DNA of 62,022 bases from a virus (Duplodnaviria > Caudoviricetes): positions 1 to 62,022 of IMG/VR virus record IMGVR_UViG_3300017710_000003. The stretch is one strand, 5' to 3'. Shown piece after piece: positions 8,144 through 18,299 of this stretch. The notes under the pieces are model-generated. The model searched no databases. It was given only the letters and a program-made list of their open reading frames with translations, and had not been told where the DNA came from. The stretch's first letter is position 1. Each line of letters opens with the position of its first letter. A program made the translations under genes and the position numbers.

Positions 8144-8826
8144 AAATCTTTAATCCATTCTCCACTCTGATACTTCATAGCATAGTCTGGATTAGGATGT
8201 CCATGAAATACACATATCTTACTATCTGTTTTTAATGGGTGTTGATCTGGTTTGTATTTCTCGTACTTTTTAGGTTTGCCTCTTTCAGGCCATTTATATG
8301 AATATGTCCACTCGTCAGGAAAGTAAACTTTCTGTTTATGTTCCCACATTAAATCTGTAATTACATTTTGATCGCCATGTAATTTATCAAATGTGTCTTT
8401 TCTTTCAATGTATGTTTTCCATATATGATTATGATGTTGTTGATTAAATCTTAATACACTAGAATTTATTGTTGTACTAGGTTGACCGAAGTCTCTAATT
8501 ACGCAAAAATCTTCATCTTTACCAAATGTAAAAAACTCATCTAGGTTGCCTACAATAACAACATCTAAATCAATATATAAACAATTGCCCTCTAAACCTA
8601 ATTCAGGATTATACAGGTGCATTTTATTCCACCAGTGTTGTAATTGTGGGTCAGGTATTCTTATTGATTTAATGTTATCTGTAAATGCTTTGTGATCTCG
8701 GTCTGTTAAGCAATAGAAGTTAAAAGGTAAAGTAGTATTTCTCTTTACCATATTGTAAAGAGTTTCTACATACTTCTCTGAATATTTTGCACCCCAAAGT
8801 ACACATATAAAATTATTCTGGCCCAT
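8134..8826 (-). CDS. GT-A glycosyltransferase (GT8-like)
   Basis: WWNK, YIDLD (DxD), NSSV, GDQ and FHGHPNP motifs. Confidence 0.8.
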   Translation of the reverse strand: MGQNNFICVLWGAKYSEKYVETLYNMVKRNTTLPFNFYCLTDRDHKAFTDNIKSIRIPDPQLQHWWNKMHLYNPELGLEGNCLYIDLDVVIVGNLDEFFTFGKDEDFCVIRDFGQPSTTINSSVLRFNQQHHNHIWKTYIERKDTFDKLHGDQNVITDLMWEHKQKVYFPDEWTYSYKWPERGKPKKYEKYKPDQHPLKTDSKICVFHGHPNPDYAMKYQSGEWIKDLWR

Positions 8827-9631
8827 ATTGATGTTTTAAAGTTTCGTATGCCACGCCATTAGACATTTCTTCTATTGTAAATTGATTCTCTACTACGAAT
8901 TTAATCCACTCGTTCATTGTCTTTCGGCCTGGTCTAAAAGGTTTTTCTACATATTTAGGGTGCCTTGAAGTTATTGGCCATGCAACATTTTGACCTTCAC
9001 ATATAGCAGGCACTTTATTCATTACTGCGTCTATGGCTGCCAAACTCATATTTGTAACCAAACAATGACAATCTTTTAAATCATCTTTTATATCTGTTTC
9101 CCACCACTCATTACCTGGTCGTGGTTTATTTCTTACTCTAATCTCTCTATTAGTATGTTGTTTTAAATCTTTTGTGACTTGTTGTATATATTCGTCTTGC
9201 GACATACCATTACTTTCTCTTGTCACCGTATCTGAAGATGGACATAAAAGTATATGTTTTGTTTCGCCCATATTCCAACCTTTAAACGTGACATCAATAC
9301 CTTTACTTTCTAAATCAACTATTCTTCTACCAGGCCCTACTTTACCTTTATTAGAATGAATATCGCCTTTGACTATTCTAAAATATGTCTTATCGTAATC
9401 GTGTATTTTAGGTGCTGGGTATCTTGTTATCTGTTGAGTAAAATAACCTACATCAACATACCACCATTCTTTTTTATTGACTATACAATCTTTAATCAGT
9501 TCTCTATTTGCACCACCTAATCCCCAAAAAAAATGTATCTCTTTATCTTCATCTTGCCAACCTTTTTCTATATGTGGCCATATCTCATGCGATAAACATT
9601 TATCCCATTTCATTTTGTGAGTTATAATCAT
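8813..9631 (-). CDS. capsular-polysaccharide-synthesis-like glycosyltransferase (KpsC/KpsS-like), 272 aa
   Basis: ILLCPSS, IRVRNKP, VTNMS..AIDAV...VP and NQFT.EEM..G; paralog of the next gene; start reassigned to MIITH. Confidence 0.55.
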   Translation of the reverse strand: MIITHKMKWDKCLSHEIWPHIEKGWQDEDKEIHFFWGLGGANRELIKDCIVNKKEWWYVDVGYFTQQITRYPAPKIHDYDKTYFRIVKGDIHSNKGKVGPGRRIVDLESKGIDVTFKGWNMGETKHILLCPSSDTVTRESNGMSQDEYIQQVTKDLKQHTNREIRVRNKPRPGNEWWETDIKDDLKDCHCLVTNMSLAAIDAVMNKVPAICEGQNVAWPITSRHPKYVEKPFRPGRKTMNEWIKFVVENQFTIEEMSNGVAYETLKHQYGPE

Positions 9632-9747
9632 CCGCCGAATCCTGTCCAGTTCCAAGGGTCTTTAAATTTGTCTTCTTCACTTTTATGTTGTGGTGCTTCA
9701 CTTCTTAAAATTAACACTATTACGATTCCTAAACATAACCAGATCAT
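9628..9747 (-). CDS. small membrane peptide (39 aa, not in ORF track)
   Basis: MIWLCLGIVIVLILR...DPWNWTGFGG; overlaps both neighbours by ATGA. Confidence 0.5.
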   Translation of the reverse strand: MIWLCLGIVIVLILRSEAPQHKSEEDKFKDPWNWTGFGG

Positions 9748-10562
9748 GCAAATCTCCATGCACTTACTTTTTTATATGCAACACCATTTTCTATCTCTGA
9801 CATTGTAAATTGATTAGCAAGTAAACTATCTATCCACTTTTGTCTATCCTCTGCATAATGTGGTTGTTCTATCTCTAATAAATTTGTTTTTGAAACAGGT
9901 AACCCACATGAAATACCATCTACGAAACTAGGCACACCATTTAATAATGCGTCTATACACGCTGTTGTGTTAAATGATACACAGGCAAATGCCTCTTCTA
10001 ATTGTTTTTCTAATGAGTCTGTTGAGTTCTTTTGTCTTACCACAATTTCTTTTTTAGTTGCACTTTTAATCTGCATTATTGAATCTTCTTCCCAACTAGA
10101 ACAACCATAAAATTTCTTTGCGTGTTCTGATGGTGGTAATACTAAAATATATTTGCCTTCTTTTTTCCAAGGTTTTATATCTATATGTTTCTTATACTTT
10201 TCTATTCTATCGTAATCGTCTTTTTCTAATTTATCAATGTAAGTTAGTGAGAAATCGTTTCTAGTTATTCTGTAAATCTTTTCATCTAATAATCCTGACC
10301 CATGTCTTTTGCCAAATCTATAAGCATGGTCAAAATAAAAAAAGACTTGTGGTTTTGTCATACAATGTTTAATTATATCACCAGTACCTCTTAACACACC
10401 AAACACTGCAACAGGTAAGCTCAAATCTTTAAATGTAGGCCACTCTGTATTTTCGTATTGATCTACCGTCTTAACTTTTTTATGAATAGTGCCATCTGCA
10501 CTTTTGACAAATGCTCTAATAGGTATATCTGTTATTTCTCTAGTTTCAAACCCTTGTATCAT
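9744..10562 (-). CDS. capsular-polysaccharide-synthesis-like glycosyltransferase, 272 aa
   Basis: ILVLPPS, IVVRQK, VSFNT..CIDAL..GVP and NQFT..EI..GVAY; start reassigned to MIQGF. Confidence 0.55.
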   Translation of the reverse strand: MIQGFETREITDIPIRAFVKSADGTIHKKVKTVDQYENTEWPTFKDLSLPVAVFGVLRGTGDIIKHCMTKPQVFFYFDHAYRFGKRHGSGLLDEKIYRITRNDFSLTYIDKLEKDDYDRIEKYKKHIDIKPWKKEGKYILVLPPSEHAKKFYGCSSWEEDSIMQIKSATKKEIVVRQKNSTDSLEKQLEEAFACVSFNTTACIDALLNGVPSFVDGISCGLPVSKTNLLEIEQPHYAEDRQKWIDSLLANQFTMSEIENGVAYKKVSAWRFA

Positions 10563-11208
10563 TATAATATTTAAACCAATTCTGCGAATAATCACATTCT
10601 TTATATTCTTTAAACCAAGGACCACCCTCTGTAAAATGAACATTCTTAATATCTTCTTTGTGTTCATATTCACCTGCTAACCAATTCCACTCTAAAGGTA
10701 AATCTCCTATTAAGTGATCACCTTCTAACCATTTAAATTGATGTAGTTCTAAACCACTTGCTCTATTTACATAGTCAGGTGTTAGTGCTGTACACTTCTT
10801 ACAATTCATTAACATAAAACTAGACCAGTTCTTTTTAGGATAAACTGTCTGCACTTGATTTAAAAACTTAACACTACTCTTTGGTGTGTAATCATGTTTA
10901 CAAACTTGCACTGCGTATTTGTCATCTCTTAATCGCCATAGTTCAGCAATGTCTGCCTCCATCAGCATATCACAATCCATAAACAATGCCCAACCTTGAT
11001 AGTTCATTAAGTATGGTGTTAGAAATCTACTAAATGAAAACTCTGTTGAAGATAGTTTATTTCTTTCTCTTACAAAATCATCTTTTAAATTACTTAATGC
11101 AATGGGTGTAATAGATACAGGTTTTGTGCTATTCTGTATTATGCTATGTGATAAGGTAGTAAACGCTGCCTTTTCTTTTGTATCGTATCCTATAAAAACT
11201 TTAATCAT
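10546..11208 (-). CDS. GT-A glycosyltransferase (GT8/CDI-like)
   Basis: VFIGYD, STEFSFSRF, FMDCD, KNWSS, WNWL and HFTEGGPW. Confidence 0.85.
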   Translation of the reverse strand: MIKVFIGYDTKEKAAFTTLSHSIIQNSTKPVSITPIALSNLKDDFVRERNKLSSTEFSFSRFLTPYLMNYQGWALFMDCDMLMEADIAELWRLRDDKYAVQVCKHDYTPKSSVKFLNQVQTVYPKKNWSSFMLMNCKKCTALTPDYVNRASGLELHQFKWLEGDHLIGDLPLEWNWLAGEYEHKEDIKNVHFTEGGPWFKEYKECDYSQNWFKYYNDTRV

Positions 11209-11611
11209 TATTGTTTTCGTAGCTTGCGTCTTCAGACCTTGCCATTACATCTTCGTTTACTGCATGACCTTGAGACTCTCTTGTTATATCATCATGGCTA
11301 AACTCTGCCCAATATAATTCAAATGCTACACCATCTTTTAAACCTATAAACTCATGGTATAAACCTGGTTTAACTCTAGTAAAATCGCCTGCATTTAATA
11401 TTGTTTCATCTATAAGACCTTGTTGAGTTCCTTGTTGCCATGTTCTTACAAGCATTTTACCTGACTCTACAAAAAACCCATTCCATTTATAGTCATGTTT
11501 ATGTTTAGAACACGCAACATTTTTTTTATATTCTATTCTATGAAATTCTAATACACCATTAGCATGTATAAGTTCAGTTTTGCCCCATATCTTTCCTGCT
11601 TTTATTCCCAT
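11201..11611 (-). CDS. cupin (sugar isomerase-like)
   Basis: K.WG, CSKHKH..K...FFVESG and PG.YHEF cupin motifs. Confidence 0.7.
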   Translation of the reverse strand: MGIKAGKIWGKTELIHANGVLEFHRIEYKKNVACSKHKHDYKWNGFFVESGKMLVRTWQQGTQQGLIDETILNAGDFTRVKPGLYHEFIGLKDGVAFELYWAEFSHDDITRESQGHAVNEDVMARSEDASYENNND

Positions 11612-11612
11612 A

Positions 11613-12341
11613 TTACATCCTTTGTGAAATCCATTCTGGACTATTAAGTTGTTCTTTTCTATTACCTTTTCTATGATCTATATATTCATTCATTAAAGCA
11701 TGTCTTGCCATGATATGAGCATTCTTACCATCACCTAATTTCTGTTCAGTGTAATCGTTTTTAAATGTTCCCATGTATGCTCTAGTTGCGTCAAATGTAT
11801 GACAATCTGTATAGGCAGGTAAGTCATAAACCGTATCTTTAATATACCATTCAACATACTTGTCAAAAAATTGTTGTGTACATTCTTTTCTTGTATCAAA
11901 TGCAATAAAACCTGTTTCTGTATATTGATTAGGTCTGTCGTAAAATGCAACAAACTTATCTTTTAATACTGTGTCAAACCATTGTTCTGGTATTGTCTTT
12001 GTGAATACGCAATCTGCGTCAACATAAAATAATCTTTTACCTTTTTCTTCTATACTAGCTGCCTTTTGAGCAAATACTTTGTATGAAAATCTACAAGCGT
12101 CTTTGTAGTAGGCGTCAAATGGTCTTTGTTTATTTCTCTCAACAAAGTCTTTTACTAATGGTTCTTTTTCAAAAAGGTTTCTAAATTCTATTAAATGGTG
12201 TTGAGGATATTTCTTTACATCATCTTCTACATAAACAATCATAGGAGTTTTTTGATGTGTAGCAGTATATGTAGAAATTAATCTATGTGCATATGACTTA
12301 TATAAACTCTTATTAAATGTGGTTACAAATATTTTATCCAT
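11613..12341 (-). CDS. GT-A glycosyltransferase
   Basis: RFSYKVFA, YVDAD (DxD), ETGF and DH.KG. Confidence 0.75.
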   Translation of the reverse strand: MDKIFVTTFNKSLYKSYAHRLISTYTATHQKTPMIVYVEDDVKKYPQHHLIEFRNLFEKEPLVKDFVERNKQRPFDAYYKDACRFSYKVFAQKAASIEEKGKRLFYVDADCVFTKTIPEQWFDTVLKDKFVAFYDRPNQYTETGFIAFDTRKECTQQFFDKYVEWYIKDTVYDLPAYTDCHTFDATRAYMGTFKNDYTEQKLGDGKNAHIMARHALMNEYIDHRKGNRKEQLNSPEWISQRM

Positions 12342-13332
12342 ATCTTCTCATATCAGCGTCAACCATATCTTTAACTAGACTGTCAATTGTATGTTTAGGT
12401 TTCCAGTTAAGTACAGTTCTTGCTTTTTTAGCATCCCCTTTTAATATATCTACTTCAGCAGGTCTAAAATTTTTAGAGTCACATTTAAATATTAATCTAC
12501 CTGTTTTGTAATCAGATACTTGGTTGCCTGACCAAGATGGTTTAATTTCTGCATATTCTAAACACTTATCAATCCATTCTCTAACAGTGTGTGTTTGACC
12601 TGTTGCAAGTACATAGTCATCTGGTCTTTTCATATTCATCATAGTAACCATACCTTCAACAAAGTCTTCAGCATGACCCCAATCTCTTACTGCGTCTAAA
12701 TTACCTAGTAATGTATGTTCACCTGTCTTCTTCCAATTTGCAAGACCCTTTGTAATTTTTCTGGTAACAAAATCTGTTCCTCTTAAAGGACTTTCATGGT
12801 TAAATAATATACCTGAACAACCAAATATACCATATGCCTCTCTATAATTTACAGTTATAGCATGACCAAATAGTTTTGCACAACCATATGGTGATCTAGG
12901 ATGAAAAGGTGTCTTTTCATTTTGAGGTATTTGTGCTACTTTACCAAACATCTCACTTGTGGATGCCTGATAAAATTTAATTTTATGATTTACTTGTCTT
13001 ATACTTTCTAATATTCTTAACACACCCATACCATCTATAAGTGTAGCAAGTTCAGGTTGTTCAAATGATAAGCCAACAAATGATTGAGCTGCTAGATTAT
13101 ATACTACTTCAGGTTCTGATTTTTCTATTGCTCTTCTAATGTTTGCCTGATCTATTACATCTAGTTCTACAAACTCTATATCTTTTGTAATACCTAACTC
13201 ATCTAATCGCCAATACTTATTAGTAGTAGTTCTTCGTTCACCACCAATTACTTTGTATCCTTTTTCTAATAAGTTCTTAGCTAGATAAGCACCATCTTGT
13301 CCTGTGATACCTGTTATTAAAGCTCTCTTCAT
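12334..13332 (-). CDS. gmd: GDP-mannose 4,6-dehydratase
   Basis: ITGITGQDGAYLA, QASTSEMFG, SPYGCAK, LFNHES, FVTRKIT, RDWGHA and RPAEVD. Confidence 0.95.
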   Translation of the reverse strand: MKRALITGITGQDGAYLAKNLLEKGYKVIGGERRTTTNKYWRLDELGITKDIEFVELDVIDQANIRRAIEKSEPEVVYNLAAQSFVGLSFEQPELATLIDGMGVLRILESIRQVNHKIKFYQASTSEMFGKVAQIPQNEKTPFHPRSPYGCAKLFGHAITVNYREAYGIFGCSGILFNHESPLRGTDFVTRKITKGLANWKKTGEHTLLGNLDAVRDWGHAEDFVEGMVTMMNMKRPDDYVLATGQTHTVREWIDKCLEYAEIKPSWSGNQVSDYKTGRLIFKCDSKNFRPAEVDILKGDAKKARTVLNWKPKHTIDSLVKDMVDADMRRYG

Positions 13333-14489
13333 ACTAATCCTTTTATTATATCATAGACCATATCTATGTTTTCTTTTAAGTCTCTTACATCATTACCAAT
13401 AAACAAACCATGATCGTGTATATAATTTGCACTATCATAATTGTTATGGTCTAGGTATGTTATGTAATCTATAACAGGATTTTTCATAAAGTTACCTGCA
13501 ACAATAGGTCTACACTCAACACCACTATCTCTTAATTTTTTAACTAGTTCATCTCGTTTACCTTTTAAATGATTTTCTAATATGATTGAGAAACCAAACC
13601 AACTTGATGAACCTATTTCTGTTTGTATTCTTACACCAAACAAATCTTTAAATTTTTCTGTAAAGTATTCTGCGTTTAATACTCTTTGTCTTCTCATCTC
13701 AGGCCATTTCTTTAGTTGTACACTTCCTATTGCACCACTCATCTCTAAAGGTCTGACACTATAACCTGGCGTGACAAATGTAAAACTATCTTTAAATGGG
13801 TCACCTGTTTTTGTGTAGATGTTATTATTGTCGGGTAAGTCTCTACACCAACCATGCGCCCTTAATGATCTTATATAATCTGCGTCTTCTTTACTTTGAC
13901 AAGCAATCATGCCACCTTCCATAGTTTGTAAATGATGACTAAAGAAGAAACTAAAACTACCCATTTTACCTATCGTGCCTGTGTACTTATCTAAATCGTT
14001 ATTGATTGCACCTAGACTTTCACAATTATCCTCTATCAATACTAGACCATGTTTATTTGCGATCTCTTTAATCTTCTTATAGTCACATGAATTACCTAAA
14101 AGATTAACTGCGAATATAGCACACGTTTCTGCGTCTATAGCCGTCTCTATTTTAGTGGTATCTATGTTTAGAGTATCTTTGTCTATATCTACGAAATTGA
14201 GATGAAACCCGTATTGATATGCTGGAAAGTAAGTAGTAGACCATGAAACTGCGGGAACAATGATATTACCCCCTAGTTTGTATTTTTCTCTTAATATTGC
14301 TAACATGAGTAAGTTCGCTGTTGATCCACTATTGACCATTACTGCGTCCTCACATTTAAAGTAATCGCAAAACTCTTTTTCAAATTGCTTAACTTTAGGT
14401 CCCATGGTATATCTACCACCCTCTATAACCTCATGTATTGCTTTTATTTCTCTTTGATCCCAAGTATCACAAGCCAATGGATATTTCAT
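13329..14489 (-). CDS. colD: GDP-4-keto-6-deoxymannose 3-dehydratase (ColD-type, DegT fold)
   Basis: NSGSTAN, EDNCES and FSFFFSHHLQTMEGG, with His in place of the PLP Lys; adjacent to gmd. Confidence 0.8.
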   Translation of the reverse strand: MKYPLACDTWDQREIKAIHEVIEGGRYTMGPKVKQFEKEFCDYFKCEDAVMVNSGSTANLLMLAILREKYKLGGNIIVPAVSWSTTYFPAYQYGFHLNFVDIDKDTLNIDTTKIETAIDAETCAIFAVNLLGNSCDYKKIKEIANKHGLVLIEDNCESLGAINNDLDKYTGTIGKMGSFSFFFSHHLQTMEGGMIACQSKEDADYIRSLRAHGWCRDLPDNNNIYTKTGDPFKDSFTFVTPGYSVRPLEMSGAIGSVQLKKWPEMRRQRVLNAEYFTEKFKDLFGVRIQTEIGSSSWFGFSIILENHLKGKRDELVKKLRDSGVECRPIVAGNFMKNPVIDYITYLDHNNYDSANYIHDHGLFIGNDVRDLKENIDMVYDIIKGLV

Positions 14490-14504
14490 AATCTTCCTTT
14501 CATA

Positions 14505-14512
14505 TATTTATA
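14505..14512 (-). promoter_or_regulatory. T4 late promoter
   Basis: TATAAATA just upstream of the colD RBS (AAGGA). Confidence 0.55.
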
Positions 14513-16307
14513 TGCTCATTTTGAATACTTTTTTCCATACTGCGAAATTGAGTATTGTAAATAGTTCTTTTTGTCTTAACATCGCTGGTGCAAATTTAGA
14601 ACCTTGATTAGGTGTAAAGTTTTTATTATCCATAAAGTTCCAAATAGTGTCGTCATCTAATTCAAATATATCTCTTACTTCTTTATCTTTTAATGTTTCA
14701 AAAATATATTGTCTTAATATACTATCATCTCTGCCAGGTGTAGAAGCGTTACCTATTAGTATTTCGTCTGTTGGGAAACGCCAACCTGTTTTCTTCTTTC
14801 TAACAATATACTCAGGTAATCTTCGTTCATATGCTTTCTTAAATAATGTTTTTGCTTTAAATGTCTTTTTGTTATTTGCTTTGTGTTTAAGTACTGCTTT
14901 ATATGATGATGGTATAGTTCTTATATAATCTCTTATTACATTACACATAAGAGGGAATCTAGCCTCCATACTAAAGTTCATACCTAACTTATCGTTTCTA
15001 ATTAAAAAATCTTCAGCTAATGTATTCATACATTCTATATACATCATATCATTGATAGCGTCACCTTGAATAGGTGCTGTAGGTAACCACTCATGTAAGT
15101 AATCCATTTGTTGATCTAGTGTAATTTGTAATTCAGGATTATTTAAACCTCTATGACTCATGCCTAAAGAATTTAATTTGTTTCGCCAATCACCTTTAAC
15201 ATGATGTTTGTATCCTGTGAATATCTCATCACCACCATCACCACTTAATGTGACTATAACACCATTATCTGACATAAATTTATTTGTATTGTAATAAGTA
15301 GGAAAACTTTTACCTTGTCTTGGTTCTTCTAAAGCATAAAATGTTTTATCCATTGCGTCAACAAAGTCTTTTTCATTTTGATGAAGTCTATTGTTTTCTA
15401 TCTGTAATTCGTCACAATACTTTTTTGCAACCTCAGAGTCTTCGTTCAATGCACTACCTGGTAAAGTTGTTTCAAAGTTTGAGGTGTATGTGTTAGGATT
15501 AACACCTAGTCTTTTCATTTCATATAATATAGATGTAGAATCCATACCACCACTTAAAAACAAACCAATTTTTCTACGACCCATAAGTGTCATTTTAACT
15601 GCCTTGTTTATTCTTTCTGCGATTTCTTCTTCTACATTTTTAAATGTTGTATTAAGTTCTATCTTTTTATCATTTAAATTGTATGTAAATCTTCTACCTG
15701 TATGAACATCATAACTTAATACTTGACCTGGTACAAACTTTTTTATACCTTCAAATAAAGTTAAATAACCTGAGTTGTATCCTTGTTTATAATAATGTTT
15801 AAGTGCTTCTTTACAAATCTTTCTTTCAAATCCTATTGCTAATAAACTTTTTACCTCACTAGAAAAACATAGTCTGTTGCTTAACAAACCATAGTATAAA
15901 GGTTTAGTGCCATTACTATCTCTAGCCATTACAAGTTCTTTTGAATTTTTATTGTACCATGCAAAGGCAAACATACCATCTAGTTTTTTTATAAAGTCTT
16001 TACCTTCAAGTTTTAAACCTATTGATAAAACTTCAGTATCGGTATCTGTTTTAAAGTTATAATTTAAGTTATCTCTTAATTCTTTGTAATTGTATATCTC
16101 TCCGTTATAAACTAATATTGTGTCTTCAAATATCCAAGGTTGTTTTGAGTTTGTTTCTTTATCTACAATAGATAATAAGTTGTGGCCTAATGTAATATCA
16201 TCACTAACAAACTTACCATTACCATCAGGTCCTCTATGATGAGCAGCCTCTATCATTTTATCAATAAAGTGTCCTCTCTTATCTAATATACCATGTATTG
16301 CACACAT
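14508..16307 (-). CDS. asnB: asparagine synthase-like glutamine amidotransferase
   Basis: N-terminal Cys2, HRGPD, NGEIYN, LSGGMDS and SGDGGDE. Confidence 0.9.
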   Translation of the reverse strand: MCAIHGILDKRGHFIDKMIEAAHHRGPDGNGKFVSDDITLGHNLLSIVDKETNSKQPWIFEDTILVYNGEIYNYKELRDNLNYNFKTDTDTEVLSIGLKLEGKDFIKKLDGMFAFAWYNKNSKELVMARDSNGTKPLYYGLLSNRLCFSSEVKSLLAIGFERKICKEALKHYYKQGYNSGYLTLFEGIKKFVPGQVLSYDVHTGRRFTYNLNDKKIELNTTFKNVEEEIAERINKAVKMTLMGRRKIGLFLSGGMDSTSILYEMKRLGVNPNTYTSNFETTLPGSALNEDSEVAKKYCDELQIENNRLHQNEKDFVDAMDKTFYALEEPRQGKSFPTYYNTNKFMSDNGVIVTLSGDGGDEIFTGYKHHVKGDWRNKLNSLGMSHRGLNNPELQITLDQQMDYLHEWLPTAPIQGDAINDMMYIECMNTLAEDFLIRNDKLGMNFSMEARFPLMCNVIRDYIRTIPSSYKAVLKHKANNKKTFKAKTLFKKAYERRLPEYIVRKKKTGWRFPTDEILIGNASTPGRDDSILRQYIFETLKDKEVRDIFELDDDTIWNFMDNKNFTPNQGSKFAPAMLRQKELFTILNFAVWKKVFKMSI

Positions 16308-17185
16308 TATCTTGCCTGACTTCCTCTTACATCTCGTTTACATTTTATACAAGGTGAATTAGGATACCAATCTGCCTTTGTAATTCTTTCTCTAAATTTT
16401 GTATAGAATTTACTTGTATAGTTTAAAAATATATTTGGTTGTTTTTCTAAATTGCCTACTTCCCATTTACTATGTAGTTCTGGTGTCAACATATCACAAC
16501 ACGCTGTCATACTACCATTGTAATCTATGTAAACACCTTTGTTCATACTTGTACATGGTTTAGTTCTTGTATAGTTAGTATCTAATACCGTACCTGCTCT
16601 GTTCACACCATTTACCCAATAGTTTCTTGCGTGTATTTTACCTTTAAATCTTTCAGGTAGTTTGTAGATAATCCACTCTTTGTTTCTGTGTTGTTCTTTA
16701 TCTATTCTAGGTGCACCTAATCTATCAGTTATATAATTAATTCTTTTAAACACCTCGTCTTCATCAAACTTGTTAGCACCATTTTTCATATATGCTTGAA
16801 AAGCAAAACTATCTACACCTGCTTCAACAAGTTGTTGATGATATTCTTTGTTTATGTAATCTGAATTAGTGTTAAGACTTATCTTTACAGATGGTAAATA
16901 TCTTTTAGCAATTTTAATCTTTTCTAAAATATATTTTTTATGAGATGTGGGTTCGTGGTACCGACTAAAATCTAAACGACCTGCAAAGTTAATTTCACTT
17001 AATTGTTTCATAATATTTTCGTACATTTCATCTTTCATAAAGATGGTATTTTTAAAGTTTCTTCTATTCACACCCTCTACTGATAAAGGACAAAATGTAC
17101 AAGTCCTATTACAATAGTTGTGAGTACCTATCTCAACTGATTGAATATTTTTTTTAAAGAGAGCCTTAGCTTCATCATTAGTCAT
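16307..17185 (-). CDS. radical SAM enzyme with SPASM/twitch domain
   Basis: CNRTCTFC; C-terminal C...G.M..CC...C..C. Confidence 0.85.
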   Translation of the reverse strand: MTNDEAKALFKKNIQSVEIGTHNYCNRTCTFCPLSVEGVNRRNFKNTIFMKDEMYENIMKQLSEINFAGRLDFSRYHEPTSHKKYILEKIKIAKRYLPSVKISLNTNSDYINKEYHQQLVEAGVDSFAFQAYMKNGANKFDEDEVFKRINYITDRLGAPRIDKEQHRNKEWIIYKLPERFKGKIHARNYWVNGVNRAGTVLDTNYTRTKPCTSMNKGVYIDYNGSMTACCDMLTPELHSKWEVGNLEKQPNIFLNYTSKFYTKFRERITKADWYPNSPCIKCKRDVRGSQAR

Positions 17186-17411
17186 TTAATAATTTATCTA
17201 TAAAATTCTCAAACTCTAAAGCAGGTAAGGGTCTATTTAAAAACTCTTGTTTACCAAAGTCTGTTTTTGGGTTATTGATAGGTTCTAAAATTCTATATAA
17301 AATATATCTTCTAGTGCCAGCACCTGTTGGATGTATCTCTTGGTGCATACAATGATAATCAGGACCTAACTTACTAACTTTGTTTAGTATTCTATTTAAT
17401 GTGTTAGCCAT
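17178..17411 (-). CDS. hypothetical protein
   Basis: coupled small ORF. Confidence 0.55.
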   Translation of the reverse strand: MANTLNRILNKVSKLGPDYHCMHQEIHPTGAGTRRYILYRILEPINNPKTDFGKQEFLNRPLPALEFENFIDKLLND

Positions 17412-17619
17412 TTATTGGTTCCAATTCTTCTTGTAATAATTCAGATGGTGTCTTTTCATTTTTTTCCTCTATATTATTATTATATAAACCATCTCTTAAT
17501 ATTTTTTCTTCATCAAAAGTAAATGGTCTAATCATATTTTTACCTTTGTCTTTTCTCTCTTTAGTTTGTTTTTTACTTTCTTCGTAAGACAATTGTTCTA
17601 TATCATCCATTTGCGCCAT
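17404..17619 (-). CDS. hypothetical protein
   Basis: coupled small ORF. Confidence 0.55.
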   Translation of the reverse strand: MAQMDDIEQLSYEESKKQTKERKDKGKNMIRPFTFDEEKILRDGLYNNNIEEKNEKTPSELLQEELEPING

Positions 17620-18299
17620 TACAAATCTTTCTTTAATATTAGAACATTACATATTTGTCTATCTATGTTATCTGTTTTAACTTCGGTTATGCCATGCCAA
17701 CCCTCTGATACGTTTTTAAATATTAATGATGTGTTGCCTGAAGTAGGATATAATTTACTTTCTTCAAAGTCTTTAGTTTCAGGATTCATATCGTTTACTT
17801 TTCTACCTTTATAAAAAATAGTAGAACCACCATACTCTTCTTTCCAACCTTTTGGCATAAAGTATAAAAGATGAGACGCATATTTACCAATACTATCTAC
17901 GTGAGGTGATACATCTAAACCACTTTGTGTTCTATGAAAATCAAATCTAATTCTAAAATCTTTTATCTTTAATAGATCACACATAAATTCTTTATACTCT
18001 TTACCTTTTAATTCTGCTAATAATGTCTGCCAAACAAAAGGTAAATCATTTATACTTTTAATATATGGATCAAAATAAGGACTTTCTTTACCTGTTTTAA
18101 TAACCATCAATCTTCTACAATGAGGTCTCTGACCATGTTTTCTACTATCAGGTATCTCGTCTTTAAATAAACTATCGTCTGGATATTGCTCTAATAGAGT
18201 CTCATAATCTTCATTATTGATAAACTCTTTTATATGAAGGTGTGGATTATATCCTTCGTATTCATTTAACTTATGATTGGTTAGATTTAACATTTTCAA
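17619..18299 (-). CDS. 2OG-Fe(II) oxygenase
   Basis: PHVD, W..EYGG, WHG...V and R motifs. Confidence 0.8.
   Translation of the reverse strand: MKMLNLTNHKLNEYEGYNPHLHIKEFINNEDYETLLEQYPDDSLFKDEIPDSRKHGQRPHCRRLMVIKTGKESPYFDPYIKSINDLPFVWQTLLAELKGKEYKEFMCDLLKIKDFRIRFDFHRTQSGLDVSPHVDSIGKYASHLLYFMPKGWKEEYGGSTIFYKGRKVNDMNPETKDFEESKLYPTSGNTSLIFKNVSEGWHGITEVKTDNIDRQICNVLILKKDL

Noticed and set aside
14508-17619. Lasso peptide/RiPP cluster (AsnB-like + SPASM + small ORFs)
   Set aside because: AsnB keeps its catalytic Cys2 glutaminase domain, no RRE or B-protease is visible, and the small ORFs do not look like precursors.
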